64,000 nt of DNA from an uncultured Spirochaetota bacterium. GTDB taxonomy: Bacteria; Spirochaetota; Brevinematia; Brevinematales; JAOACQ01. Both the position numbers and the translations under genes were made by a program. The DNA is taken from NCBI GenBank assembly GCA_963783575.1, contig CAWAOD010000003.1, positions 64,001-128,000 on the forward strand, written 5' to 3'. Positions 11,653 to 21,632 of this stretch are shown one piece after another. Under the pieces are notes generated by a model. That model made no database searches, was not told the origin of the DNA, and was given only the letters and a program-made list of their open reading frames with translations. Numbering within the stretch: the stretch's first letter is position 1; the number at the start of each line of letters is the position of its first letter.

Positions 11653-14232
11653 TTAAAGATCAGGTAAATTTTTATTGATATTAACAATACCTAACGAACC
11701 GTCAACAGTAACAATTTGCCCATCCCGGATAAGCCTTGTTGCGTTTCCGACAGCCAAAACTGCGGGAATACCATATTCGCGAGCAACTATTGAGCTGTGG
11801 CTCAAAGGCCCTCCGATTTCAGTAACAATCGCCGAAGCCATTGCAAAAAGAGGTGTCCAGGCTGGAGTGGTGGTTACAGTGACGATAACATCACCGGGCC
11901 TCATCCTGCCGAAATCCTTCGGATCCCGAAGAATGCATGCTCTTGCTGTAACTCTTCCGCCGCTCGCGCCAAGGCCTTTCAGAAGGTTTCCTTTTCCATT
12001 TCCATGTTCCATTATCTTTGCAATAAGTGATTTTTCCGGCAGTACCAAAGGTACTCTTGCATTACGGACCTTTTGCCTTTCCTTTTTTCGTTCTTCAGTT
12101 TGCAATGAATAATCCTGAAGTTTTTCACCCTTTTCCATGGCTCGAGTAAGAGCATCCAATTCCCGCGATTCCAGCCAGTAAATGTTTTCAGGTCTTACAA
12201 TGGCGCCGCCCACGGTAAGTCTATTGCCGAGTTCGGAAAAAACACTCCGCAGGACAGGGTATCCCAATCCAAGGTCGCTGATACTGTCTTCCCGTTTCGG
12301 TGCGGCTTCCTGCGCCCATTTTAAAAGCTTCCGGAACCATTTCCCCCTCCATTTCCCAATCCTTGACAATATTGCCCCGGCTGCCTTTTCCTGGTTTTCT
12401 TTAAGTGTAAGTCCGCGAACATAAGGATTACTGCCTTTCCCATCAATATATGCCTTAAGCGCCTCAATCAGCGGTACAGGGTCATCAGCCGGTACGGGAT
12501 TCGCGAAATCGAGATCGTATATTGTATGCCCATATTCCGACAGATGCAAATGAAATCGCGAAACAAACCCGGCCCAGGATGATTCGAGTCCGGCAGGAAC
12601 AGAATCAGCCTGAGAAAGAGAGCCGTAAATTTCTTTCGCATTAGATTTTCGGAAATACTCTGTAAGGCCGGGTTGTGAAATAATCCATTGCGACAGGTCA
12701 AAAAGTGATTTCTCAGCTCGAAGCGGAAGGCTGTCAAGTCCAATCAGAAAAACCGATGCCTCAGGGTCTCCTTTATGCCTGACCAGTATATTGTAGAAAC
12801 GGCTTAATGATAATTCACTTCCGGTTGCCGACGGTATAATTCCGCTCTGGGCTACGTTATAACATTCTACAGTACAGGAGAATATCTCTTTTGCCCCGGC
12901 CAGAAGTTCCGAAGGAGAAAGTCCGGCTAGTTCCTTCCCCTGCCAAGTTTCAACCAGAGCTCTGTATTTTTCCAAAACCGCCTTCCATCTTTCATAACCG
13001 GTTGTGATCATCTTCTTAATTGCCCATCTAGCCGCTTTCACTATTGCCCATATCATTTTCAAACTGGGAACCATCCCGATATAGACATAGCCGTTTACTA
13101 CAGCAAACGGAAAACTTTGCGGATCATCAAAACCCATCCATGATTTATACATTTCTGCAGTGGCTTTCTCGGCAATCGGCACTCCGAATGTAGCAAAAAG
13201 CGGGGATACCGCATTGGGTACGAACTCGGCAAAACTCATCCGCATAAGAAGGGCTTTTGGCCTGGGATTAGTCCAGTCAAGCGGCGGTTCGAGAAGCGAA
13301 GTGACCGGACGGGCCTGAAGGATCGCAAACTTGCCTTTCGCAAAAGCCCACTCGATATCCATCGGCATATTGTATAATTTTTCAATGGTTAAGCCAAGCC
13401 TGGCTAATTCCTGCGCATGAAATCCGGATATTGCCTGTTTTTTACGGATTCTCTTTGAAACAGGCTGTTCCCCTGTCCCGGATTCTGCCCGGACAGTCAT
13501 TATATTCTTTACGGCGATTATGCTCTTAAGTATCCGCCCCGAAGTTTTTTCTACCGTATATGTGTCGGGGGTAACTATTCCGGAGACAATTGCTTCGCCA
13601 AGGCCCCAAGCTGCATTGATTACAATTTCATTTCGCGAACCGTTGAGTGGATTTGCGGTAAACATCACGCCTGATGCCTCAGCATTGAAAAGCTCCTGGA
13701 CAATTACCGCAATGGCAATGCTTTCCTGATTAATACCGTTGTTGATTCTATAACCGATTGCGCGGCCTGTCCATAAAGATGCCCAGCAGTGTTTAATCGC
13801 GTCAATAATCGCTTCTTTCCCCCGGATGTTCAGAAAGGTGTCCTGCTGTCCGGCAAAAGATGCCTCCGGTAAATCCTCTGTTGTGGCGGAAGAACGAACT
13901 GCGACAGCGGGTTCACCCATTTCCCCGTATGCTTCTTTGAGAGCAATTACAATATCTGCCGGTATTTTCGCCTTGGTAAATAAATCCTCTATCTGGCCGG
14001 AAGCCTTTTCTAGGCTTTCCGGATTCAATTTGTCCGCAATTCTGACCGCCTCACATATCTTCATATCAAGGCCATTTTCGGATACGAAACGGCGGTAAGC
14101 CTCTATCGTCAAATGGAATCCGCCGGGAACAGGTATCCCTTCTCTGGATAATCTGGATAAGGACATGCCTTTTCCGCCTACTGTTTCCAGGGTCGCTTGA
14201 GCATCATCCAGTCCGAGAATTAAACGGGACAT
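11653..14232 (-). CDS. PEP-synthase/rifampicin-phosphotransferase-like dikinase (ATP-grasp, substrate domain, His swivel domain)
   Basis: VGGKG, AVRSSATTEDLPEASFAGQQDT, LQARPVT; C-terminal GGPLSHSSIVAREYGIPAV with the phospho-His. Confidence 0.85.
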   Translation of the reverse strand: MSRLILGLDDAQATLETVGGKGMSLSRLSREGIPVPGGFHLTIEAYRRFVSENGLDMKICEAVRIADKLNPESLEKASGQIEDLFTKAKIPADIVIALKEAYGEMGEPAVAVRSSATTEDLPEASFAGQQDTFLNIRGKEAIIDAIKHCWASLWTGRAIGYRINNGINQESIAIAVIVQELFNAEASGVMFTANPLNGSRNEIVINAAWGLGEAIVSGIVTPDTYTVEKTSGRILKSIIAVKNIMTVRAESGTGEQPVSKRIRKKQAISGFHAQELARLGLTIEKLYNMPMDIEWAFAKGKFAILQARPVTSLLEPPLDWTNPRPKALLMRMSFAEFVPNAVSPLFATFGVPIAEKATAEMYKSWMGFDDPQSFPFAVVNGYVYIGMVPSLKMIWAIVKAARWAIKKMITTGYERWKAVLEKYRALVETWQGKELAGLSPSELLAGAKEIFSCTVECYNVAQSGIIPSATGSELSLSRFYNILVRHKGDPEASVFLIGLDSLPLRAEKSLFDLSQWIISQPGLTEYFRKSNAKEIYGSLSQADSVPAGLESSWAGFVSRFHLHLSEYGHTIYDLDFANPVPADDPVPLIEALKAYIDGKGSNPYVRGLTLKENQEKAAGAILSRIGKWRGKWFRKLLKWAQEAAPKREDSISDLGLGYPVLRSVFSELGNRLTVGGAIVRPENIYWLESRELDALTRAMEKGEKLQDYSLQTEERKKERQKVRNARVPLVLPEKSLIAKIMEHGNGKGNLLKGLGASGGRVTARACILRDPKDFGRMRPGDVIVTVTTTPAWTPLFAMASAIVTEIGGPLSHSSIVAREYGIPAVLAVGNATRLIRDGQIVTVDGSLGIVNINKNLPDL

Positions 14233-14294
14233 ACCTGCCTCCTATTCAAAATTAGACATTACCAATACTTTCGATAAAGCAATCTCATTTTCAG

Positions 14295-14906
14295 TTATTT
14301 CCGGTTTTTATGAAAAGCCCCGTGAGTTTCCGCCAGTATTTTTTTAAATAAATCGCCAAATTTCTTCTCCTCCATTTTAAAATACCCAATCCAGGAATAA
14401 TAAAAACAAAAGAAGGAAAATAACGGTATGATATGGGTAAAGAATTCCCCGACCAGGCGTTCTTCCCTGTCATAATTTTCGGGATGATTCCGAATAATCA
14501 GCTTTTCTTCCGAATGAACGATCATTTCCAGGAAAGTGTATAGAACAGGATTATCAGAAGTTTTCTTCAAAGAATCTATCAATATGATCCGGATCAAGTC
14601 ATAATTCTTTATCATAAAATCGGTATAATACTCAGGGCGTTTCATCATTTCTTCAGCGACAGAATCCCCCGCATCTCTTTCTGCGGTTTTGATGACTTCA
14701 CCAAAATCATTTAAAAAATTCCGGAACATAACATCCAGTATTTCATTTTTATTTTTAAAATGGTAATATATCAGGGACTTGGGAACCCCGGCCCTTTCAG
14801 CTATCTCATCGATTCTTGATCCTTCAAAGCTTTTTTCAGCGAATATCTGAAGCGCTGTTTTAAGGATTCTCTTCCGCGCATCAGGAACCCTCTTGTTTTC
14901 TTTCAT
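14295..14906 (-). CDS. TetR/AcrR family transcriptional regulator
   Basis: RILKTALQIFAEKSF..IDEIAERAGVPKSLIYYHF; start moved to the ATG at 14906, which follows a GGGAGG RBS. Confidence 0.92.
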   Translation of the reverse strand: MKENKRVPDARKRILKTALQIFAEKSFEGSRIDEIAERAGVPKSLIYYHFKNKNEILDVMFRNFLNDFGEVIKTAERDAGDSVAEEMMKRPEYYTDFMIKNYDLIRIILIDSLKKTSDNPVLYTFLEMIVHSEEKLIIRNHPENYDREERLVGEFFTHIIPLFSFFCFYYSWIGYFKMEEKKFGDLFKKILAETHGAFHKNRK

Positions 14907-14916
14907 AAACCTCCCA

Positions 14917-14966
14917 TTATAATACTGAACATTCAGTATTATAAAATAATTATTAAAAACTGTCAA
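14917..14966 (-). promoter_or_regulatory. Consensus sigma70 promoter overlapped by a palindromic TetR-type operator
   Basis: Minus strand TTGACA-N17-TATAAT; perfect 13-bp inverted repeat TTATAATACTGAA-CA-TTCAGTATTATAA at 14917-14944 covers the -10 box. Confidence 0.8.
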
Positions 14967-15083
14967 TATATTGAAATTAAAATAAACAAAACGGTAATTA
15001 ATTTTTTCCTTAAAAATTATAGATTAAAAAGATTTTATAATTTAAAATATAGATTGAACAAATTTGTAAAAAAGAGGTTCTCT

Positions 15084-16013
15084 ATGAAACGTTCGGATAT
15101 TATCTGGACCGTGATTCTGGTCCTTCTTCTCGGTGCCGTTATTGCCGTCCGGTACGGCAACCCGGATATTCCGATAAACAAGCTGATGCAGAAATACACA
15201 AATAATAACTCGAAATTCGTTAAGCTGGAAGGTACCGCTTTCCATTACAGGGATGAAGGTTCCGGCTATCCTATTGTTCTGATCCATGGATTTTCATCAT
15301 CGCTTCATACATGGGACGGATGGGTAATCAATTTAACCAACCGCTTTCGGGTCATAAGGCTCGATATGCCCGGTTTCGGGCTAACCGGCCCCTGGAAAGA
15401 CCATCCTCCGACAATGGCCAACTATGTAAAGGCTGTCGATCTTTTAACAGGGACGCTTGGGATAAGCAATTTCGCGATGTGCGGCAATTCTCTGGGCGGA
15501 AAAACAGCCTGGGAATACACCTTAGCCCATCCCGATAAGGTTTCAAAACTGATCCTGGAAGATGCCAGCGGCTATCCGGAAGCCTCCAGGCTTTCACCGG
15601 TATTGAAACTTGCAAAATATCCTTTTTTGAGCCGGATTATAAAATTTATGACCACAAAGGAAACGGTAACGAAAAATGTTATAATCGCTTATGCGGATAA
15701 ATCAAAGTTTACCCCGGAATTGGCCGACAGGTATTACGAGCTTGTGATGCGTGAAGGTAACCGTGACGAACTCATCGCAAGGATGCGGATAACCGACCCC
15801 GATCATTCTCCGCAGATCAAAACGATCAAAACCCATACTCTTATTATGTGGGGTCAGCAGGACCAGATGGTACCAGTTGAAAACGCATACCGTTTCAACC
15901 ATGATATCACAAATTCAAGGCTGGTAATTTATACAAATACGGGTCATCTGTCGATGGAAGAAGCTCCTGATCTTTCCGTTAAAGATGTAATAACTTTTTT
16001 GACGCAAAAATAA
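15084..16013 (+). CDS. Exported or membrane-anchored alpha/beta hydrolase
   Basis: HGF, GNSLGG nucleophile elbow, WGQQD, TGH triad; RBS before the ATG at 15084. Confidence 0.9.
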   Translation: MKRSDIIWTVILVLLLGAVIAVRYGNPDIPINKLMQKYTNNNSKFVKLEGTAFHYRDEGSGYPIVLIHGFSSSLHTWDGWVINLTNRFRVIRLDMPGFGLTGPWKDHPPTMANYVKAVDLLTGTLGISNFAMCGNSLGGKTAWEYTLAHPDKVSKLILEDASGYPEASRLSPVLKLAKYPFLSRIIKFMTTKETVTKNVIIAYADKSKFTPELADRYYELVMREGNRDELIARMRITDPDHSPQIKTIKTHTLIMWGQQDQMVPVENAYRFNHDITNSRLVIYTNTGHLSMEEAPDLSVKDVITFLTQK

Positions 16014-16015
16014 GC

Positions 16016-16897
16016 TTACCCGGCCTTCCTGGCATTTATGCGGATACTGTCCTGGAGAGCCTCGATTTCGTCACCGGCCCCGTAGAAAAAGCTGACCTGA
16101 ACAATATCGCCGGAATTGACAGGCAGGGGAGATGAAAGCGGAATGGTAAGGTTTTGATTCATCCAGTTAATTGCACGGTTTTCTTTTACAAGTATGTATA
16201 GCGAATTACTGGTAATAAAACGAATGCCGTTGAGATTGCCGCTTTTTTTGATTTGAATTTCCATATTGCATTGGAATGACTGCTGAATTGGACTGCTATA
16301 CTTAACTATTCCATAAACAGACGGATCACTAAGCTGGCAAATTCTATCGCATTCCCCGGGATATTGAAAATTCGGAAGCGGCGCGTAATAACCGAAGAAA
16401 TTATAATCCTGGCAGATAAGGTCAAAGCCCAGAACAGTAGCTTCAGGAATAAATCGTGGAAGTTTTTCATTGAAACGGCTTTTATACCGTTCTTTAAAAG
16501 ATGTAATAACCTGAATTTGTTTCTCGCGAAGCAATGCGGAATGAAGCATCTCGCATATGACAACATCAACCGGCTCAGGCGGAAGATAAGACATGGCATC
16601 GGATTGAATAACTTCTACTTTCGAATTAAATGTATTCAAAGCCAGAAGTTCTTTTGCCTTGGCTGCAAGGGCCGGCTGCTGTTCAACGCACCACACCTTC
16701 GAAGCATTTTCCGCCGCAAAGAATGACAGAACGCCTGTGCCGCCTCCAAGCTCAAGAACCCTTCCGCTTAAAGGAACAGCCGATCTTATGGCTCCCTTAA
16801 AGCCGAGCATCCTGGCTTCATCCTGAAGCATTTGATAATGATAATGCATAGGAATATATTGTCCAAGCTGAAGTTCGCGATCGACTTTTTGTTCCAT
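16016..16897 (-). CDS. Protein-arginine-methyltransferase-like SAM-dependent methyltransferase
   Basis: HYQMLQDEARM, VLELGGGTGVLS, PVDVVICEMLHSALLRE double-Glu loop, C-terminal barrel with NW motif. Confidence 0.75.
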   Translation of the reverse strand: MEQKVDRELQLGQYIPMHYHYQMLQDEARMLGFKGAIRSAVPLSGRVLELGGGTGVLSFFAAENASKVWCVEQQPALAAKAKELLALNTFNSKVEVIQSDAMSYLPPEPVDVVICEMLHSALLREKQIQVITSFKERYKSRFNEKLPRFIPEATVLGFDLICQDYNFFGYYAPLPNFQYPGECDRICQLSDPSVYGIVKYSSPIQQSFQCNMEIQIKKSGNLNGIRFITSNSLYILVKENRAINWMNQNLTIPLSSPLPVNSGDIVQVSFFYGAGDEIEALQDSIRINARKAG

Positions 16898-16988
16898 CAA
16901 TTTTCTCCATATTAATCAAATAATAATTGATGATTATACGCATGCTTTTAGTCAACATTTCTTGATAAGAGCGGCTAATTTGTTTTAT

Positions 16989-18697
16989 CCCAAACTGAGC
17001 GATTTTTTAATAAATACCAAAAACAGGTTTATAAAAGCCAAAATTTATAAAAATTTGGATATATTTTTTTGTCACCGGTTAATTTGCCGAATTTATGCGT
17101 TTGAAAGCACTAAAATCATCAATCTCTGAGATATTTTCAATTTTTGGCGCAATACCCCCTTATTAATCCATGAAAACAGAGCGCATCTTTAAATCGGGGT
17201 AACCGTTCCGCATTTCTCCCACAAATCTAACAATTTAAACCTGTCAACTACTTCTTCCCTGAATTTTAAAATAGCCCGCCCGCCTGTTTTAACAATCTTT
17301 CCCGCAATATCAATAAATATTCGCCTGACCGTATCCGGATAACTTTCCACTGGTATTTCCGGTATATCCATATCCGCCTGATAAGCCGACAGCAGATTAT
17401 ACGCTATTATCGATAAAAAATAATATACACCGTTTGATACAAAACTCTTAAACGGCAGTGTTTCATCCACGAATTCTTTTATTCCACGGTTCACCAGTTC
17501 ATCTTTTGCCCTCAGATGATAGAGCCTCACTATTTCCTCTGCCGTCATATATTTCACAAGCCCCTTTTCTTTCAATACTTCCGCTTCTTCAAGATTTGTA
17601 TAAATAATATTTTCAGGCCTGTCGAACGCTAATCTGAAAACCCCGTCTTCACATTCATATTTGGTATAAATGGCACGGTATCCCTTTTCCCAGCTATCCC
17701 GTCTGTCCCGAAAGTCCAGGTATTCAATTACATCTCCTTTTTTCTCAAACCTTCTCCATTCTTCCGGCAATCGCTTCATCAAATCGAGTTTGATTGAATC
17801 CAGTATTCTCCCGCCGCATATAAAGAACAGTTTCAGGTCTTCCAGCTTCTTAAAATACTTTTGGTCAAAAAACCCGCTATCAGACACAACGATAATCGGC
17901 ACCTCTTTGTCATAGCATTTCCGGATTTCCTTCACTGTTTCTTCCAGCATTGTAAACAGATCGTCACCGTGATTCGGGGATTCGCTTCCTTCGTGGAACG
18001 CCAGGTTCACGATAAAACCATTCCAATACATATGCAGCGGATGATACCCGTTAACCTTTTTGTAGGTATAAGTCACGCCGTTTCGCTTTTTAGCGTCATC
18101 ATTATTCAGTACCATCGTATCAAGTCCGAGAATAATAACTTTCGGGTTCTTTATCTTGAGACGCCAGACAAAAAGCTTAATTAGAATCTTTTGAAGCTCT
18201 TTAAACATTGTCTTTTTTACCACTGAAAAAAATCTCTTTATCACATGGGATGAGCACATATTGTCTTTGCTGCATTCAATGGCCTTTCTGTGCCCGATAT
18301 CATTTGCCAATTCATCAAACCGGGTAATGGTAAATTTGCTTCCATCTATGAAAAACAGCATCAATTGAGAAATAATTTTTTCTATATCTTTACCTTTGCG
18401 GCTCTTGCGAATTCCCTGAAATACTTCGCTGATCAGGGGAATAACTTTAATATTCTTGAGATATCTCAGGACAAACGTAAGCCCGCCGCGGCTGGTAAGA
18501 CAATCTTTCGTTATGCCGATTTTTTGAATCTCATTTCCCTGAATTTTGCGATTTTTATTTTTTTCAGTCATAATTTACCTGCTTTTGCACCCAATGGGTG
18601 TTATTCCGGGGTAAGGATGGCTGTAACCATTTCCTTACCCCATTTTATTTTAGCATGGTTTTATTTTTATGGATAGTTAAGAATCGCTCAGTTTAGG
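16989..18697 (-). mobile_element. IS1380-family insertion sequence (1709 bp)
   Basis: Terminal IRs CCCAAACTGAGCGATTTT / CCTAAACTGAGCGATTCT; 5-bp target duplication TTTAT at 16984-16988 and 18698-18702; single transposase ORF. Confidence 0.9.
17189..18571 (-). CDS. IS1380-family DDE transposase
   Basis: LTSRGGL, ILGLDT, GYHPL, DSGFF, YHLRAKDELVNRGIK motifs; 460 aa uninterrupted. Confidence 0.88.
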   Translation of the reverse strand: MTEKNKNRKIQGNEIQKIGITKDCLTSRGGLTFVLRYLKNIKVIPLISEVFQGIRKSRKGKDIEKIISQLMLFFIDGSKFTITRFDELANDIGHRKAIECSKDNMCSSHVIKRFFSVVKKTMFKELQKILIKLFVWRLKIKNPKVIILGLDTMVLNNDDAKKRNGVTYTYKKVNGYHPLHMYWNGFIVNLAFHEGSESPNHGDDLFTMLEETVKEIRKCYDKEVPIIVVSDSGFFDQKYFKKLEDLKLFFICGGRILDSIKLDLMKRLPEEWRRFEKKGDVIEYLDFRDRRDSWEKGYRAIYTKYECEDGVFRLAFDRPENIIYTNLEEAEVLKEKGLVKYMTAEEIVRLYHLRAKDELVNRGIKEFVDETLPFKSFVSNGVYYFLSIIAYNLLSAYQADMDIPEIPVESYPDTVRRIFIDIAGKIVKTGGRAILKFREEVVDRFKLLDLWEKCGTVTPI

Positions 18698-18867
18698 TTT
18701 ATATAATCCACTACCGCTACTATATTTCCGAATAGAATATTCTAAAGTAACCGTTATAAATTGTCCATTAATTCAAGCTTTAGATCGGATAGTTATTTGT
18801 TCTTTTTTTGACTTTTTTTATAAAAAACAATAATATACTCATTTATAAAATTTATTCAGGAGATTTT

Positions 18868-19383
18868 ATGTTTAGAATATTACTGGTATTTTTTACCATA
18901 GCTTTACCTTTATCATGTGTTTCAGGACAGGAAAAAGAGAAGGGAGAACCTATTGCGGTAATTGTGACAAGTAAAGGCGTTATTAAGTTTAAGTTCTTTA
19001 TGAAAGACGCGCCGAATACCTGCTCAAATTTTATTAAGCTCGCAGAAAATGGTTTTTACAACGGGCTGAAATTCCACAGGGTTGAACCCGGTTTTGTAAT
19101 TCAGGGCGGAGATCCCGCGGGAAACGGCACAGGCGGCCCGGGGTACACTATCAAAGCCGAGTTTAACAAAAACAAGCATCTTGATGGAACTGTAGCCATG
19201 GCGCGCTCGCAGGACCCTGACAGCGCGGGAAGCCAGTTTTACATCTGTCTTGCCCCGCAGCCATTTCTGGACAGCCAGTATACTGTATTCGGACAGGTTA
19301 TAGAAGGGCTGAAAGTTGTACATAAAATCGAAGTCGGCGACACAATGAAAAGGGTTTATATTGAGAGAAAAAAAGGGAAATAA
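18868..19383 (+). CDS. Cyclophilin-type peptidyl-prolyl cis-trans isomerase, exported
   Basis: [44 protein letters not shown] before the ATG at 18868. Confidence 0.95.
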   Translation: MFRILLVFFTIALPLSCVSGQEKEKGEPIAVIVTSKGVIKFKFFMKDAPNTCSNFIKLAENGFYNGLKFHRVEPGFVIQGGDPAGNGTGGPGYTIKAEFNKNKHLDGTVAMARSQDPDSAGSQFYICLAPQPFLDSQYTVFGQVIEGLKVVHKIEVGDTMKRVYIERKKGK

Positions 19384-19397
19384 AGATGCCCTGTAAT

Positions 19398-19847
19398 TTA
19401 TTTTATATTGATTATATAAATATTTGTATCAATATAGCTATTTGTATCTGTTATGCTCTGGTAATAAAACGTTAACTTCATAATTCCGGTATTTGTACAT
19501 CTAAAGCGCCATATAAACTGAACAGGTCCTCCTACTAATAGCGGTGGATTAAAATCAAATGAATTACTGTCAATAAAAGATACGTTACTATTATCCGTTA
19601 TATAAATCCATTGATATGGGATAGCGCTTTCCTGCAATTCAATATAGAATTTTTCATTATTGGTAAGCTCGTTCGTTGCAATGTTAGTTACAGGTATATA
19701 GCCTTGTTTGAAGCTTTGATACTGATCCATAATAGATGAGGAATTTGAAGAACCGTTTCCCGGTTGCGCCGTACAGGAAAATAAAAATACTAAAATGCTA
19801 ATACATAAGATCAATATTAATCCTGTTAATTTAACAAACCATGCCAT
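19398..19847 (-). CDS. Lipoprotein with chagasin-like (I42) protease inhibitor domain
   Basis: LFSC lipobox; FYIELQE..PYQW, LVGGP..WRF..G..LTFYY pattern. Confidence 0.65.
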   Translation of the reverse strand: MAWFVKLTGLILILCISILVFLFSCTAQPGNGSSNSSSIMDQYQSFKQGYIPVTNIATNELTNNEKFYIELQESAIPYQWIYITDNSNVSFIDSNSFDFNPPLLVGGPVQFIWRFRCTNTGIMKLTFYYQSITDTNSYIDTNIYIINIK

Positions 19848-19928
19848 AAAATCCTCCTCCGGATTATTAATAAATCAGGATTAATTATTTTAATTATATG
19901 CGAATTTTTAAGCAAAATTTATTTGCCT

Positions 19929-20711
19929 TCAGCTCTGGTCGGCATAACGCCACCAGGCAACAGTCCCGAAATAACCGGCAATAATTGTGGCAAATAAAAT
20001 AATGTAACTAACAACCTCAAGCCGAGTACTGCCTGAACCTGCGGCGCCGCTGATAAGCATTGGGATAGCCCAGGGAATATAAGGCGTGTATCCTCCGAAA
20101 TTTGCAATCTGTATAATAGCCAGTATCAGGAAGATAAGACCTAGCGGAGGCAAAAAGCTCCGGCCGAAACTTGCGAAAAAAGCCACCGGTGTTGTAAGTA
20201 GTATAGTAAGGATTATGCATGCTGTCATTTTACCCAATCCCCGAAGTATAATATCTCCTGACCATCCGTCAAGACTCACAACAAAACCCATTACAAGCCA
20301 GAAAACAAAAATGATAAACGAAAGAATAATACTCCAGCCCGCAACAATGATGAATTTTGAAAGAACAACGCTCGATCTCGGTAAAGGAAGGGCAAGAAGG
20401 TCTTTCACAGTGCGGTCAGTATATTCCCTACCGAAGACCCAGGAGGCGATGAACCCGAAAAGAATCAGGCCGACCGCCGAATAAATCATCAGGAGATTAT
20501 CAAAATAGACTGACCAATTAGCCTTTCCAAGCATTGAAGCCTTAATGGCAAGCATTCTGGCTTTAGTCGCAAGTTCGGGATACTTTATTACAAGCATAAT
20601 CAAGCCGATCATAACAGGAATAAATATTGAAGCCAGTATCGTAATCAAAAATATCATGGAACGGCGGGCTTTCAGGTATTCAGCCCACACAGAAACTAAA
20701 AGCCTCTTCAT
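19929..20711 (-). CDS. ABC-2 type permease (bacitracin/lantibiotic-immunity-like)
   Basis: AEYLKARRS, FGREYTDRTVKDLLALP, six TM helices. Confidence 0.88.
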   Translation of the reverse strand: MKRLLVSVWAEYLKARRSMIFLITILASIFIPVMIGLIMLVIKYPELATKARMLAIKASMLGKANWSVYFDNLLMIYSAVGLILFGFIASWVFGREYTDRTVKDLLALPLPRSSVVLSKFIIVAGWSIILSFIIFVFWLVMGFVVSLDGWSGDIILRGLGKMTACIILTILLTTPVAFFASFGRSFLPPLGLIFLILAIIQIANFGGYTPYIPWAIPMLISGAAGSGSTRLEVVSYIILFATIIAGYFGTVAWWRYADQS

Positions 20712-21632
20712 TTTACACCTCCATTCATTCCTGTAACCCGTAAGAAATATGATTCCAGGTCTTCTTCTTCCACCATCAGCATGGCGGGCGGTAAATTAAC
20801 GTTTACAAGCAATACCGCTATGTCCTCGGGACATTTGATGGCTTTTTCGTTTATAACTTCAAGTATCCCCTCACCGGACATCCTCGGAGCATAACCGGCT
20901 CCGGTAAGCCTTGATTTTACAGCCTCAATATTTCGGGCTTTAATGAGAAGCCTTTTCCAGGAGCAATCCGTCAAGATTTTCCGAATCGACTTCCTGAACA
21001 AGCCTTCCCTCATGAATAATCCCGATACGGGTTGCAAACCTTGAAATCTCGCCAAGAATATGACTGGATATAAATATTGTCGCACCGTGATTCTGAGCAA
21101 GGTCTTTCAGCAGTTCCCTTATCTCAACAATACCCGCAGGGTCAAGTCCGTTGGACGGCTCATCCAGTATCAATATTTCAGGGTTATGCAAAAGGGCCTT
21201 TGCAAGGCCCAGGCGCTGGGCGTTACCAAGTGAAAGATTTTTCGCGAGCCTGTCCCGGTAAGATCCAAGCTGAAGCTTATCGATAATATAATCAACGGAA
21301 CTCCGATCGGGGATATCACGAAGCCTTCGGACCATTTCGAGATTTTCCGCTACTGTAAGATCCGGGTAGGAGTATGGTATTTCTACTAAGTAACCTACAT
21401 TCCTCCATAGAGAATAATTACCGGCATGAACACGCTTACCGTTCAGAAAAGAATTGCCGGATGTGGGATGGATCATTCCTAAAAGCATTCGGATAGTGGT
21501 TGTTTTACCGGCGCCGTTCAACCCTAAAAAGCCGTAAATCTCCCCTTTTCGAACACTCAGGGAAATCCCGTCAACCGCCCGTACTTTGCCGTAATGTTTG
21601 ATTATATTGTCAGTGGAAATAATGTTATTCAT
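20708..21632 (-). CDS. ABC transporter ATP-binding protein (BcrA-like), one frameshift near 20960
   Basis: GLNGAGKTT, LSLGNAQRL, ILDEP, SSH; C-terminal EDLESYFL tail lies in a second frame. Confidence 0.88.

Noticed and set aside
11653..14232. Calling the gene ppsA or rph
   Set aside because: Domain order excludes PEP synthase; rifamycin specificity cannot be established by eye
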